A program made the position numbers and the translations under genes. From Monosiga brevicollis MX1 (lineage: Eukaryota): a stretch of 64,000 bases of DNA. The notes beneath the pieces are model-generated. The model searched no databases, was not told where the DNA came from, and was given only the letters and a program-made list of their open reading frames with translations. The number at the start of each line of letters is the position of its first letter. Position 1 is the stretch's first letter. The DNA lies in NCBI RefSeq assembly GCF_000002865.3, contig NW_001865079.1:143858-207857 (forward strand), written 5' to 3'. Positions 38,270-51,828 of the stretch are shown here, piece after piece.

Positions 38270-41200
38270 ATGTCCGACAAGGCTGAAGGACTCGCCGCCC
38301 CGAGTGGTGGCGCAAGCGCCGACACGACACCTGTGCCTGCTCCCGCGGCGGCCACACCCAAGGCACCCGAAGGCAATCATTCACCCGGGAGCGACCGTGG
38401 CATTGCCGTTCCCAAGTCGCGTCTGGCTCCCCCGGCTTTTGGTGGATCAGCCCCAACCTCCCTCTCGCACACCCTTTCATCCTACGATGATGAAGATGGG
38501 ATTTCTTTCATCTCAGCCCTTGAACATGAGATGTACGCCTCAGACCCATCACCCTTTGCTCACCGACTTGGCTTCCAGGCTTTGCCACATCCTCCTTCCT
38601 GCCAACCCTCGCCTCACTTCTGCGCCGTTCTTTTTCCGAGCAGGCCCAACAGCCCTACCAATGACTCAAACCATCTAAAGTACTCAAGCAGCCGCGACAG
38701 CCGCAAACAGTACAAGGTGCGTCACTCAATCATTCTGAGCTGCCTTGCAGCCCTCGATTTTGGTGCGACCTGAACCTCGCGTCGCGTCGACACGAATCTC
38801 ATTTTGGGGACCCTTTAGCTCAACCGTTCGCGTTACGAAGAGGAGAAGCAGCGCATGACGGACATGTCTGGTTATGATATGGACGAGCGGCCCTACAAGA
38901 CCGGCATCATGAAGGTACCACACATCGCAGCAGTGTCAGGCTTTGCTGCCCCAAAATCGTCCACGGATTGATCGACACAAGTACTCATCCCGAGTCACGT
39001 GATCTCTGGTCTTTGCCATATTGATACATCTTTGACCAGATCCGCAACACGTTGCGCTCTTGGACCAAGTTTTATTGCGAACTGCGCCACGGCATGCTGC
39101 TCCTCTACAAAGAGGATCGTCATGACGTCTGGATGGGCACCGTCCTGCTTGCCGGTGGCATGGTTCGTCAGCTGCCCCCACCTATTTGTTTTGCCTCTGC
39201 TTCAGGTGCCATCGTCTCATATCCGTTCCCCTATCCTTTGCACCCTCGACAAACAGGTGATGGAGCGCCCCTCGCGCAAAGAAGGACACACCTTCAAGTT
39301 TTCGCATCCGCTGCGCGCGGCCATTCATGCCCCACGCGTACGTGCAAGCCGTTCGTTTCCAGGCACAGAGCTCAACTCGCTCCTGCTCACGGTAACTTGC
39401 TGGTCTGCGCATTGACAGGGCCCCAAGGGCGAGATCTGGTTCAATCTCGTCCGCATTCCCTCGGATCATTGCATGTTTCGCGTCTCCACTGCACAAGAGT
39501 GCGAGGTTAGCGCGAATGGCCTGCTCCTTGACACGCCGGGCTCTGCCACCGACAATCGCCTGCTCAACATTGCGATGACGGGGTGACGTCAGGAGTGGAT
39601 CACGGCCTTTCGACGCTCCATCTTTGGACCCCATCCCAAATATGAATCGCGCATGGCGGAGCCTGTCATCTGTAAGCGATAGCAACGCCCAATCGACGGA
39701 CGAACACTTGCTAAAGCATGCTTTGGATCTCTCACCGGGGTCTCCTTCATTTGTAGCCAACTTTGATACCCTGCGCGCCGACGTGCAATCAGATGATGGT
39801 CTCTGTGCCAGCCAGCACGACTTGCATCATGCCCACGAGGCCTCGCCCCGATCCAACCGTCGTCCGATGCAAGCTGGGTAGGTCCCTCCATTTCGCATTC
39901 CTGCTGACCCTCCCTGTTGAGAAGTTTCAGTCATTGGCTTCCTCATTATCTGTGCGTATGTCCCTACTTCTCGATCATATCTTTGGCCCACTAGGGAGAA
40001 TGGCTTGTCTTCAGCCACGCGTCAACAGCTGGAGGCGCAGGGTCAAGCTGCTGCATTGGTCAGTTTATCTGTCTCAGACCGCCCTGCTCCCTTGTCTGTA
40101 GATCCAACGCCCAGTGCTGCGCGCGCTGACCTAGCTGACCGCCGTGCATATTCAATATGATGGGTCTTGGGGGACCGGATGTAATCACAGGCCGCTGAGT
40201 CAGACCTTGATCATGGCGAGGATTTGATTCCAAACTGGCGGGCTGATGCGCGAGGTTAGTTCCACCAGGCCCCGTCACCCTGTGGTGTCCCACACTCTCA
40301 GACTTGCTGACGGTCCTGAACTTTTTCTTTTTCCTTGCCTCCAATCAGATTTCACAGAGCCCGCACCTCCCATTGAGGTGGAAGAGAATGCCTGGGAGTT
40401 GCACCTCTCATCGCTGCAACACGTGAGTATGAAACCTGTCGTTCTGTTCTTCCCCCCCCCCCCCCCCCCCCCCAACATTTTTGATCTGGTGTCTTGCTCA
40501 TAACACACATCTTCTGCTTGAATTTGGCTCTCGCAGTCACCGGGCCAGCGGATCCAGGAGCAGCAATTCACCGAAGAAGAAGTGGCCACAGTCTTTGAGC
40601 GAATGGGCAAGGTACACGACTCGTTTCTTGTATTTTTCCTTTTATTTTTAAAAAGTCGACTCAAAACATGGGGTCCACCTCGTCTCCATCCTGCCCACCC
40701 AGGCTCATGGCCCCTGCCTTCCGTGCTGATTGTTCCTACTTCTAGGTGCCAGTGACCGAGGCCGTGACGCTGCCTGCGTTCATGTTGGAGCCACGCTCAG
40801 AGCTGGAACGCCTCGGCGATGCTTTCCATCATGCTGACATTCTGACCGATGCTGCCAAACATGCAGTGAGTGCCAACGCGTTTGTACAACTGGCGGCTCT
40901 CTCATGGCATCTGGCCAGCTTGATGGGACAAGTCGCAATTCTCACCGCACATGTGGGATATCAGATGCCCCGTGGCCGTTTTGTGTCTGTGCTGCGCTGG
41001 TACCTCTCGAGGTGAGCTCGGTCATCGGTTTGGGGGATATTGTATCTTGGTGCGTTCAAGGTCATGTCTACCCACCGCGCCTTAACATGTATCCCGACGT
41101 GTTGTGTTTAGCTTTTATGCCAAGGCCAGCGGAGCCTTGCGTCCGATCCCGCCTTGCAAGGGAGAGGTGTGCCGACTGATGTTTGAGCATCCCATCCACG

Positions 41201-43256
41201 GCTCGACACCATCGTCGCGCGTTTTTTTCGTGGCCGAAGCGGTGCGTACGCGAGAGGTTCCGTTCGTTTGGGATAGCAAAACGCAGAAAACACACCCGCG
41301 TCTGAAATTTCAGATGAGTATGTACTTGTGACCGTTCTCATTCACTGCTTGCGATTGGGGACATGGGGCTGGACCACAGGTCGAGCATGGGTGTGCTGCG
41401 CTGCATGGTAGCAGCCGTGTTGCCGGTTGGGCGGTCGATGGCGTCATCAACTGTAGCCATCACTTCACGGGTACGGCGGGCTCCAGTCGACTCCCAAAGT
41501 CGTTGCTCGCGGCTGTGCTCGCTTCAACGCTGGCACTTTGCTCAACGCATCTACTGCGGTCGACTGCTAGGCGACAAACTGGTCAGCATTGAGCGTGGTC
41601 AGATGGAGGTGCATTTGGCTCGTGTGGCTGAAACCTTTGTGATGACGCGTCCTGCTCAAGTGACCAGCGGTCTCAGCACCGGCCACACCCTGACCACGTA
41701 CAACGGCAGCATTGAACTCCGCTGCGACATGTCGGGCTACCGGTGCGTCTTTACAGGACTTTTCAGCATTGGTCACCGCTGCGTGGCTCCGGCTCACCCG
41801 AGTGATGGGTTGCTTGGTGTGGTGTTTTAGATTCAAGGGGAGCTTTGACCCGAACAATCAGCTGTCCAACGTGATTGAGGGCACGCTGTTCCACAACGAG
41901 GAGAAGATTGCCACGCTGCATGGCGAGTGGGATGGTCAGGTGCACATTAAGACGCTGGACAATGACATGCACCTGTTGTTGGATACGGCGGACGAAGAGA
42001 TTGAGGCTCGTCGGCTGACGCGTCGTGCCATCGTTGCTGAGGAACTGTGGGGTCTTCCTGCCGTCGAAGATCAGGTGTGTTGTGTCTGGAAGAGCCAACG
42101 ATCCCTCCTCACGTCTTGCTGGCTGACGTTTGTTTTGGGTTCACATCAATGGCTATTGGGCCATGTCCAATCATCGCTGATCATCGTACTGGTCACTTTG
42201 TTAGCCTTTTACGGACAGCCAAGCGTTGTGGAGCTCCTGCGCCGAGTTGTCGGGCGAAGACTTTGAAAACTACATTGCTTCGCTGCGAACACGCATGCTG
42301 GCCGCACATGCGCCCACCCTCTTTCACATTAGTGAGTCGACAGTGGCTGACTTTGGAATGTGATCATGGGGACCGGGTTTCTCAGCTTTCAATTTTTTTT
42401 TCTTTTTCTTTTTGCAACTTCTTAGCCAACGGCCAATATCGCTACACGGAGGACGTGGGTCGCCCTTGGGACTACTTGCGCGATCTTTATGACTACCAGT
42501 CGGAGGGCCACCTGAAGGTGCGGTACAGGATTGGGCATATTTCTATGCTGACGTGTTTGTGTGAGCGGACCGTTTGATATTCTGTGCTGCCGGTGGTTGG
42601 GCCCCTATGCTGGTGATAGTGCTTGACGATTCAAGACACCGTCACAGGCACGCCGCGTAGCTCGACGCTGACACCCGTGCAAACGCTGCGCAATCGCAAG
42701 CGGCCCAACTCTTTGTCCGGTCTGGCCAGTGGTACGTATCGAGTTGTGCTGGCCCCGCACGCACAGCCGTGCGTGCGGGGCCAGGACTAGGGTTGGGGTT
42801 TTGAGTGTGGGAGCAGTTGTTCTGTTTGCACCCAATGCTCCTGCACGTATGAAGAGGATCAAAAGGGTATCGACTCTTACTTTTCTTTTTGTGGACGTCT
42901 TAGTGAGTACCATGGACTCGGACGTGTTTGTGGCAAGCCCCCGTGTGGGCAAGTCTGGCGGGGGCCGAACCAACTTGGCGTCGGTCGTCGAGGAAGCGGG
43001 CTCGGGCACGCCTCAAGGCGAGACAAATGCTTCTGAAGCTCCAGCAGCTACTCGTCGCACGCCTTCGGTGACAGTCAAGTCCTCACCAAGTGCAAACGCA
43101 GCCACTCCAGCTGGGGCAGCTGGCAAAACGCCAAGCGCCGAGGGCTTGGCACAGGTTACCAAGCGTGTGGCGCGCCTTGAGTCGGCTTTTATGATGGAGC
43201 GTGCTTTGCTTGTGGTGGTCCTGGCCATCCTGCTGGGCATTTCTGTTTATTTCTAG
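38270..43256 (+). CDS. Oxysterol-binding protein-related protein of ORP5/ORP8 type (PH - ORD - C-terminal TM anchor)
   Basis: PH domain KIRNTLRSWTKFYCELRHGMLLLYK...WMGTVLL...ERPSRKEGHTFKFSHPL...GPKGE. ORD start VTLPAFMLEPRSELERLGDAFHHADIL...VLRWYLS. Also RPWDYLRDLYDYQ and tail anchor ALLVVVLAILLGISVYF-stop. Confidence 0.88.
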
Positions 43257-43618
43257 AAGACTGTTGTGGCTTGGTTGGTTGGTTTGGTGGGAGGTGGGGG
43301 CAAGATGCATTCACCCTTTCTTTGTTTACCTGTATTCCGCCTGAAGGGTCGGAGCGTTGAAACTCGAGCCAGTTTATGATTGGTGAGTTGGTTGGTTGAC
43401 CGCTGTCTCTTGGTTGATGAGGAGAGGGGCTGTGGTTTCAATCGAACCCAACGGATTTGAGCTGAATGTGATGTGAAAAGTTGCACCTTTGGTGAAGATG
43501 GCATGGAATTAAAAGGCAATAATAATCGGGTGGGATACATGAGGAGTCTTGGTGGATAAAAGTGGGCAGCTCAGCTGCTGCTGATGAGGCGACCAAAAGC
43601 AAGGGTGCCGAAGCAAAA

Positions 43619-45215
43619 CTAGGTCAAAGTGATGACCTTGCCATGTTTGCAACGGCGACAGGTGGTGCGCTGCGAAGAGTTGGGCGCTTCGCACGACGGG
43701 CAGGACCAAGGTCGCTGGGCCGCAGAAGGCGGTGGCGGCGGGACGGGTATTGCTAGTTCAGAGGCTGATGCTTGAGCTTCGGGACCCAAACCAGGGTCTG
43801 AGTCGCGGCAGGGGCGCGGTTCTTGGCACACCTCACATATGGGGGCCAGTGACTTGGTGTTGATGAATGTGCAGGTTGCGCACTGCCAGCTTGAAGCAGG
43901 CGGAGAGGTGGGGCGGGCAGGGGTTGTGCGCAAAGGGACGCGGGTGGAAGGGTGGTCCTGGTCACGCGAGGAGGATGCTGTGCGTGGCTCTTGCTGACGC
44001 GCCGACTTTGAGTTGGGGGCATCAAGGGTCGGCGAGGCGGCGTGCGAAGTTCTGGCGGCACGTCCTGCAGCAGCAGCTTGTTGCGTGTGCACGCACCACT
44101 GGTTGTCCTGTGCCCGTCGATATGCAGCGGCGGCTGCCATGGCAGCGGGTTTGGCATGCGCCCAATCGATGTCCAGTTGGGCCTGGAGTCCTCGGCCGAG
44201 GCGTCGACCAGTTGTGGCGGGGTTGCGTCCATGGTGACGCAATGCTGCATTTCGTGATGCAGCCAGGTCATCTGAGGTTCCTGACCGCGGGCCATGTCCC
44301 AAAACACGGCCCTTGCCAGTAAAAGACTACGAAATTTGAACAAAAGGGTGAGCATGGATGACATCCAAGGGCTATCGTGCCCACATGTGAATTCTAGTCC
44401 ACAAGGCCGAGAAAAGAAAGGGCCTGCCCGCGTGCCCCACCTGAAAGCTGGGCGTGGTCGAGGCAGAAGCAGTACGAGTGGAGGGCTTGTAGCCAAATTT
44501 CTGGTGCACCAATTCCGAGGTAGCCTCATCTATGCGTCAAAGGTGTGAATGCGCGTGCAGTCAAGCGTGCGAGTTGGTGTTTGTGCATCTTGGAAGATGC
44601 CAATCGATGGGCGAGCAAAAGGGCGGCTCACAGCGAGCCGAGGGCAGAGGCGGACCTTGAAGCTTTTCCAGGAGCTTGTAAAAGGCAGCATTGTGCGGGC
44701 CATGCACGACGTGGGCAAGCTCATGAAGGAGGGTGCCAACGATAAAGTCAAAGTCGTAAAACGAGTTGCGATTCTCAGCAGGGCGGAGTCGGACACGAAT
44801 GACTTGGCGGCGGTTGATATTCAAGCCAAGCAGGTTGGGGTTGTTGGGAAAGAACTCGGTCAATTGATTGACCTAGGAGCGAGCACGTGAGGTCCGAGGA
44901 CGTAGGCGTCGTTGGGAGGTGTAACAAACAAGAGGGCGCGAGGCTGGGGTGGGCCTGGCACAACGAACCGAACCTTCCATTTGCGGCTTCGCATGATCGG
45001 GGCAACGAGTTGGGCCGCCTTGGTCAGCAGCTCCAAGGCTTGTGCTTTCTAAAGCACGGGTTCCCAACACAGCAGCGACTGTCAGGCGGTGGCGTTGGCA
45101 GTCTGTGCGAAAAAGATCCCCTCAACAGAGAGCGTCCAAGCCTGACCTGTTGTTCACGTTGGAGGACGGTGATCTGGGCAAACTCGGTGCCTGCCGCTTG
45201 ATCCCCCCCCATCAT
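43619..45215 (-). CDS. WSS1: Wss1/WLM-domain zinc metalloprotease with two RanBP2-type zinc fingers
   Basis: Spliced ALELLTKAAQLVAPIMRSRKWKV-LTEFFPNNPNLLGLNIN...IRVRLR...TLLHELAHVVHGPHNAAFY (HExxH). Also GRRLG, AAMAAAAAYRRAQDNQWC, WQCATCTFIN...CEVC, WSCPSCEAPN...CRRC and terminal VITLT. Confidence 0.88.
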
Positions 45216-46131
45216 GCACTTGACCCCCACACTCGCCACACCTCACCACCTCTCCCACCCAGAAAAGCAAATGCATTCAGGAGGGCGATCGCTCCCTTCC
45301 CCCTTCACTGCCACACACACACACACACACACATACATCACTGTGCCACAAAAAAAAAAAAAAGCGCGCAGCAAGGAAAAAAAAAAAAAAAAAAAAACGG
45401 TTTGGAACGGCACAACACGACAAGAAAAACCATGACAATCTGACAATCTGACAATAGTATACAATCTGACAAATCCGTTCTTGAGTGCGTGATGGCAGGG
45501 TCGCAGGTGAAAGAAGATGCAGGAACGTTTCAGGGTTTAAGCAGATGAAAATAAAGTTATTGCAGATACGCTTCATTCCAAAGGAGTCGTATAGTAAAAT
45601 AGAGTAAAATAATATACGCAAAAGTTGATGTATCTGTAGATCTACCTTGCACATGCAAACGGGGGGCCAAAAGTGCATGACACATGCAGGGAGGCGTCGA
45701 CGTCCTGCCGACTCGGCCCGCCGCGCGTTCGACCCCTTCTGTGCTCCCTGTCGTTCATCATCGTGGTGGTGGTGGTGGTGGTGGTGATGAGGTGATTGGC
45801 AGTGCATCATGGAGGGACCAAGGTGACCCGCGAATCGCAGTCACAGCTTTGCTGTTTCGGGGACATTTTGGGCCCAGCCAATTCGTGACGAGCGCTTGGC
45901 CTGGAGAGGGCTTGCCGACGCAACCGCCTGGTTTTGCGTGTTCTGCATGTCCATGGGCATTTTTTCTTTCACTCGGCTCCAAGCTGCCTCGACCTGTGAA
46001 CGTGCCTGGGTGTGTCATCAAGCCTTGCTCCGCTTGCCACTGCATCGCGTGTTCTGCCTCTCCCCTTGGTGGGTGGCCACGATATCTGTTCTTGTGCTGG
46101 TGTGGTGTGGAGTCGATCTTGCACTTTGAAG

Positions 46132-48934
46132 ATGGATCATTGCGATGCCATTGAGAAGCTTCGCAGCGCCGGTCACGCCCGAGTTAACATCGAAGGCTGC
46201 AATGACTCGGTCTTCAACTTTATCTCGCAAGCCTCGCTTGACGAACTGGTGCGCTGCTGCCACCATACCACCATGCCGCCCCTGTTTTGACCGCTTCGCC
46301 TTGATTGTCGCTCACGCTGCCCTTGATGGGACACAGACGCCGCTCTTGCAGCGGCTCCGCGAGTTTCAGGTGACGGAGCAAACTCAACTCCCATATACCT
46401 GTACCGGCTTTCTTCAGCTGGACAGCGACTGCTATCATCGGGCCGAGGTAGGTCGCGCCTCAAGTGGAGAGTGTCGTCGCCGTCCCGCGCATTTGACTCA
46501 CCGCCTTTTCATCTGCCCAATCTTGTTTTTTTTTTTTTTTCCTCTTTGGCTCCCATAGATCTTGTCACAGTTTTCCTCGTCTGCAGCCCCACTACTGGTG
46601 GACTTGTACACCATTGGCGATGAGCGCAAGCACCAGTTTGTATACAAGGTGGCGTGCCTTTGGCCTGTGGTCTCAATGCTGGCTTTTCAACATGGCTGCG
46701 CGTAACGCAGTCCAACTCACAACGAGACACACCTGCATCAATGTAGCGCGAGGATCTGGACGACGATACATTTGTGGCCAGCATGTTTGTGGTCCTCAAT
46801 CGCTTGCTGGATAAGCTCAAAGTCGACAGCAGCGTACGTCAGCCCACACCAGAGTCTCTGTCATGTTGTATTATTCCTTGTCTTGTGCACCGAATGTTCC
46901 AAGCCATTGCCGTGTTCGCGTCCGGTTCTCGATTTATTTTTCTCCCCAATGTGTGCGTGTGCGTGTGCGTGCGTGTATGTGTTTGTGCCGGGCTCGATCG
47001 ATCCATGATCAACCTCCCGATGAGCGCTCGTGTCTACTGCATGGTGTGGACATGGGTCAAGTTCATGGGACTGTGTGCGGCCGATTGTTGGGTGTTTGCT
47101 TTTTTTTGGTTGTTGCCTGCTTTTGGTGTACAGCACCGCTTGGGTAGCACCAATGCCTACATGACCATGGCGCCCGATGTGATCGATGTGGATCAGGTCT
47201 TTGAGGCTCAGGCCAAGGGGTACACGAGTCAAGACATGCTCTCGAAACGTAAGTGCTCTTCCAGTGCCAAAAGGACACAAAGGCCAAGCGTGACGCCGAG
47301 TGCGATGCCTTGCCATGGCTGCTGGATTGGGTGGGGCTGGCTGGCAACTCTCACAGAAGAGTGGATCGTTTGCCTGCATTATTTGCTTCATGTTAGCCGA
47401 CCTGTTGGTGCGCCAACCAGCACCTGATAGCGACTCGTCACCGCTGCCATCAGCCAACCAAGCCACCCTCAGCGTGGTGAAAAAGTACCGAAACTTTGCG
47501 GAATTGCCAGAAATGGATCTCGACAAGATTGGCGAGTCCGAGGCACAGGAGATGGAGACAACGGCGCAGGATGTCGACGATCATGATGATGAGATGGATG
47601 ACGCATCTTCGTCGCCACCACCCAAGAAAGAGGTGCGTGGTTCATTTGCGGTTGAGCTGGAGCTGTTGGTTGGTTGCTGTCGGTGATGCGAGACAAAGCT
47701 CATGCTTGCCCTGGCGCGGCGTGTTAACGCCTTTTTTTTTTTTTTTTGGGTTACCGGGGCGATGGGTGGTTAGCCGCGCAGCAGTTTTACAATTCAGTTG
47801 CCCGATCTGAGCGATGCTGTCACGCGTGCCGACTTTTTGAAGGCCCATCCATACTTGCGCGTGCCGTGCTACGCCGTCTATTCTTTTCACTACGCGCATG
47901 TGAACAGCGTCGACTCCAAGGGGCCAGCACCCGAGCCCTGTGGCTTGATGGAGTGCGTGCCCGGTGAGCCTCTCAGCAAATTTACCGAGGCGGAGGTCGT
48001 GGCGCTTCTGCAGTCCCACAAGGATGTAAGTTCTTGTTTTTTTTTCCTTTCTTTTGGCTTTAGTGAGGTGTGCGAGGAGACGGGCATGCGCCCTGGCTGG
48101 GGTAAAAGAGCTTTCACGTCAGAGGTGGCTGTGGTTTTGCACGTGTGCTTTGGTGGTGAGGTAGGTGGTGGCGCTGCTAGACACTCTGGCAGCATCTTTG
48201 GCCGCAGCATATTTTGTGGGTCTGCGTGACCGGCATTACGACAACTACATGATCACCACCAACGGGCTGTTCTGCCACATTGACTTGGGCAACTTTGCCA
48301 ATGAGCGCGCCTTTATGGATGCCAAGGTGCGTGCGTGCGTGCTTGCGTGTGTGCGTCTGTGCGGGGCACATGCTGGGTACGGCCACATTGTGGTTTTGCT
48401 CACCTGTTGTTGGGCTGGCAGAGCATTAGTGTGACACCGACCATGGTGCGCGCCATCAAACGCTTTGATCCCGATGCGTGGGAGTACGTGGCGCAAATGG
48501 CCAAGGGCGTGATGCAGATTTTCCAAGCCCATCTGGAGGCCTTGTTAATCCAGGCCGAGCAGCTGGACAGTGCGCGCTTTGAGCGCCTCGAGTCTTACGT
48601 GCGCCGCCATGTACGTAACCCTAGTGGATGGCGGTTCAGCCCGTGCCTTGCCTCACTTTGGATTATTTTTTTTGTTCGTTGGGGTGTGTGTGGTGTGCTT
48701 TGATGGGGCGGGTCTAGGTCGCGCCAAAGGGTTCACCAGAAAAGGTTTATCGCATGGTGCTGCGGGCCGACCGGTTCCGCACCAATGTGAAGAACTTTAT
48801 GCACGGTACGTGTTTCCTCCGAGGGTGCAAGTCGCTTCATGGCTGTGTCTGGTTACCCATGGCTCACATGTGCGGCTTGTTGAACAGAGTATGTGGCGGT
48901 GCCGGTGAGCAAGCTTATGCACGGCCAGTCATAG
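46132..48934 (+). CDS. Small PI3/PI4-kinase-family protein (essentially catalytic domain only)
   Basis: Spliced ILSQFSSSAAPLLV...QFVYK-REDLDDD...VPCYAV...GLMECVP...YFVGLRDRHYDNYMITTNGLFCHIDLG...TNVKNFMH-EYVAVPVSKLMHGQS-TAG (48932-48934). Start uncertain; a short upstream exon at 45809 is possible. Confidence 0.75.
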
Positions 48935-48961
48935 TCTTGGAGCACGCCTTGAAGCGCGTGC

Positions 48962-48998
<37 letters not shown>

Positions 48999-51828
48999 TG
49001 AGTGAGGAAGGCTTTCTCCTGCTCGTGTTGTTCTGCCGTAGCATTAGTTTTTCTGTTGTACTGTACCGTGATGTTGTTAATGGACGGGCATGATAACTCG
49101 TGGCCCGAGGGCGCGTGCGTGGCAATGCAATTCGGTGAGTGTTCCGAACAGCGTATCATCTTGCTCGCATGTGAAGCAAGCCGCCGCCGCTGCTCTGTTG
49201 GGCCTGTTATGATCTGAATGACAAAAACGATTTTTTTTTGAGGATGAAAAAACCCCTTTTCTCCTTTTCTTTCGGTCCTTGCCTGTCGGCCGTTCGCCTC
49301 TGGCCATCCGTCACATTGGGATATCGCCATCTGATGTTCGGAGATGACCATCCCGGTGGCTTTTGACGGTGATGATGATGCTATTCGGGCTGTTTTGCTG
49401 TTTGACAGTGGTGCTGGCCGTGATGATGATGATGATGATGATGATGATGTCGATGCGATGACGATGCCAACGGCCGGTGGAAGAGTCTGGTCATGAGTTT
49501 GCAATCCAGCCGAGTTTTTGGGGCGGGGGGTGCGGAGTTTACAGTCGTCCATTTGGCAGGTCGTGGCATGTGATCGCCGTGATGATGCTTCGAAGGACGC
49601 TTTAAATCAGCAGACGATCCACTGCGCACTGCGCGGGGCAAGAGCTTGGCCGTCGAAAAACCAAAACCGCACATGACGCGACTCTCAAAACGTTTGGGAG
49701 GGGGGGGGGTGGGGGGCTCGAGCTGGAATTCAGCCAGCAGCCGTACATCAAGTGTGACCTGCCTCGAGCGCGGATCACCAACTCCGCCCCCACCTCCGAC
49801 TTGTTCCGCCACGAGCCCTGGCTCACATACCTGTGTGCTTGGGCCACACACCTTGTGCACGGCATGCCACGTCACGTCGGAGCTTCGGAGTGTGGGCGGC
49901 CCGGGCTTGCTCATTGTCGACAAAAATAGGGTTTCCCGCCAAAACTTCTCAAGCCAGAACACGTTAGACCCCCAACACTCGCGTGCAAGACCTGTGACAC
50001 GTTGGACGCAGAAGCCATTGGCGGCTGCTTTTGTCAACGTGACATGGACGCAAAACAATAAACTGCGGACACTTCCCAATATGCTGACATTCCCCACAGG
50101 TTTCCCGGGGAGCCCCCTCTCCAGCCCCCTGCAAAGCCCCCTATAGATTCCCCCTCGCAAAGGAAGAGCCACCTAACCTGAGATGAGCAATGCGAGCTGG
50201 ATGCACACGAGAAGGGGCTAGGGCACACTTGCAAAGTGGTGTTCTGCTTGGGGGCGCCACACTTTGCGGGTTTATTTCTTCAGCCGACGCACACAACCTG
50301 CGGGCCCGGTCAGCAAGGCCTCCCATCACACTTGTCAACCTTGATCAACGTACTCGTAAGCCTCCCTCATCACACTTGAAGTGATGCAAATCGCACACTT
50401 TGCGATTTTTCAAAGTGTCTTAAATTCATACTTCGTCCAGTTGACCAGAAAAGCACAAAGTGTGCTTTTTGCTGTTCTTTGCTTCGGCTCGCGCCACTTG
50501 TTGCTGCACATGGGCGCGTTGATGTCAATGTGGTGCTTGACGTCACGTGGGTTCGTGTATTCGCAAAACAGGTTGGTGCGGCGATGCTTGCTTCTTCTTC
50601 AGCCCGTTTGTCGCTGCTTTCGAGAATGCCAATCGACGCTTTGGGGTCCCTTTCCCATGGGTTGAACGAAGAGGGCTCCTGCTTGCTTGCTGTGCGAGCG
50701 ACAACACTGCGCACTGCCAACGTGAAGGGTACAGTGTCGCGCGCGCTCTGCTGGCCGGGTGCTATGTGGTGTGCGGACATGGATGATGGTCAAGGGGAAG
50801 GGGCTGGGGGTCAGAAAAAACATGCCCACGTTGGATCATCTTGCTTCGTTTGCCCTTCTTCCTGGTTCTCTCCCGGTCACACATGGCCCCGTCTGCGCTC
50901 CTCTTGCCAACCGCCAGGCTTTCTGGTGAGGTCGAGCGCCATAACGCACGACAAAGGGGGACATCACCACGAACCTTCCCTGCAAACATGGCGTCGTCTG
51001 GTCATGAATCAATCACACAAAGCGCGCTCTTTATCACACAACCCGAGGCAGAGGAGGCGAAGGGCAGCACACTGAGCAGAGAACAGAGAACAGAGCTCCT
51101 CCCACACACACAACACACACACACGCACAACATGACTATCATGCCACACACACACATACACAACACAACACACAACACACAACACAACACACACACACAC
51201 AAAACAAAACAAAAAAACAGCGTGACACACGCGATATGGGATTCTTCAAACTTGACAAAAAAACAAAAACTTTCCCCCCACTTCCCAAGGGAAAAAAAAC
51301 CGTTCGTTTTGCGATTTCCCCCGGGATGTGCGGTTTTACAGGGGCATCACCACATAGATACGCATAAGGGGGCGATTGGCTCCAAAGCAGGTACAATTCC
51401 AATCCCACCCAACAAAAAGTGTGTGTGGTGTCCTTCAAGAACGCGCGATCTTCCAGATCCTTCAACCGTCAACGTGCGCCCGCTTGCTCACCACTGGCAA
51501 GACCCGCTTGGTCTTCCCCCCGAAGCCACACCTCTCCCGGCTTGTGGTCACATGCGACATCCTTCCACCACCCACCCACCGCCCTGCCCTGCCCTGCCTC
51601 TGCTGGTCTTGTGAGCGACCTCGGGCCAGTACTTGTGGCGCCGACCCGCTGGGATGGAGCATTTTTCAACTCTCAACTACCATCCTCATCAGTACCAGCC
51701 AACGAGCTGCACCCAGGCCCAACTACCCCTTTGACTTTGCTACAGCCACTGACTTTCAAGTCTCGACCGCCACCACGTCTGCGATACGCCAGACCAGTTC
51801 TTTCCCCGTGATCAATAAAGACGCCAAG

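Noticed and set aside
49381..50172. 263-aa minus-strand ORF with poly-His
   Set aside because: No domain motifs; the His run derives from a (GAT)n microsatellite.
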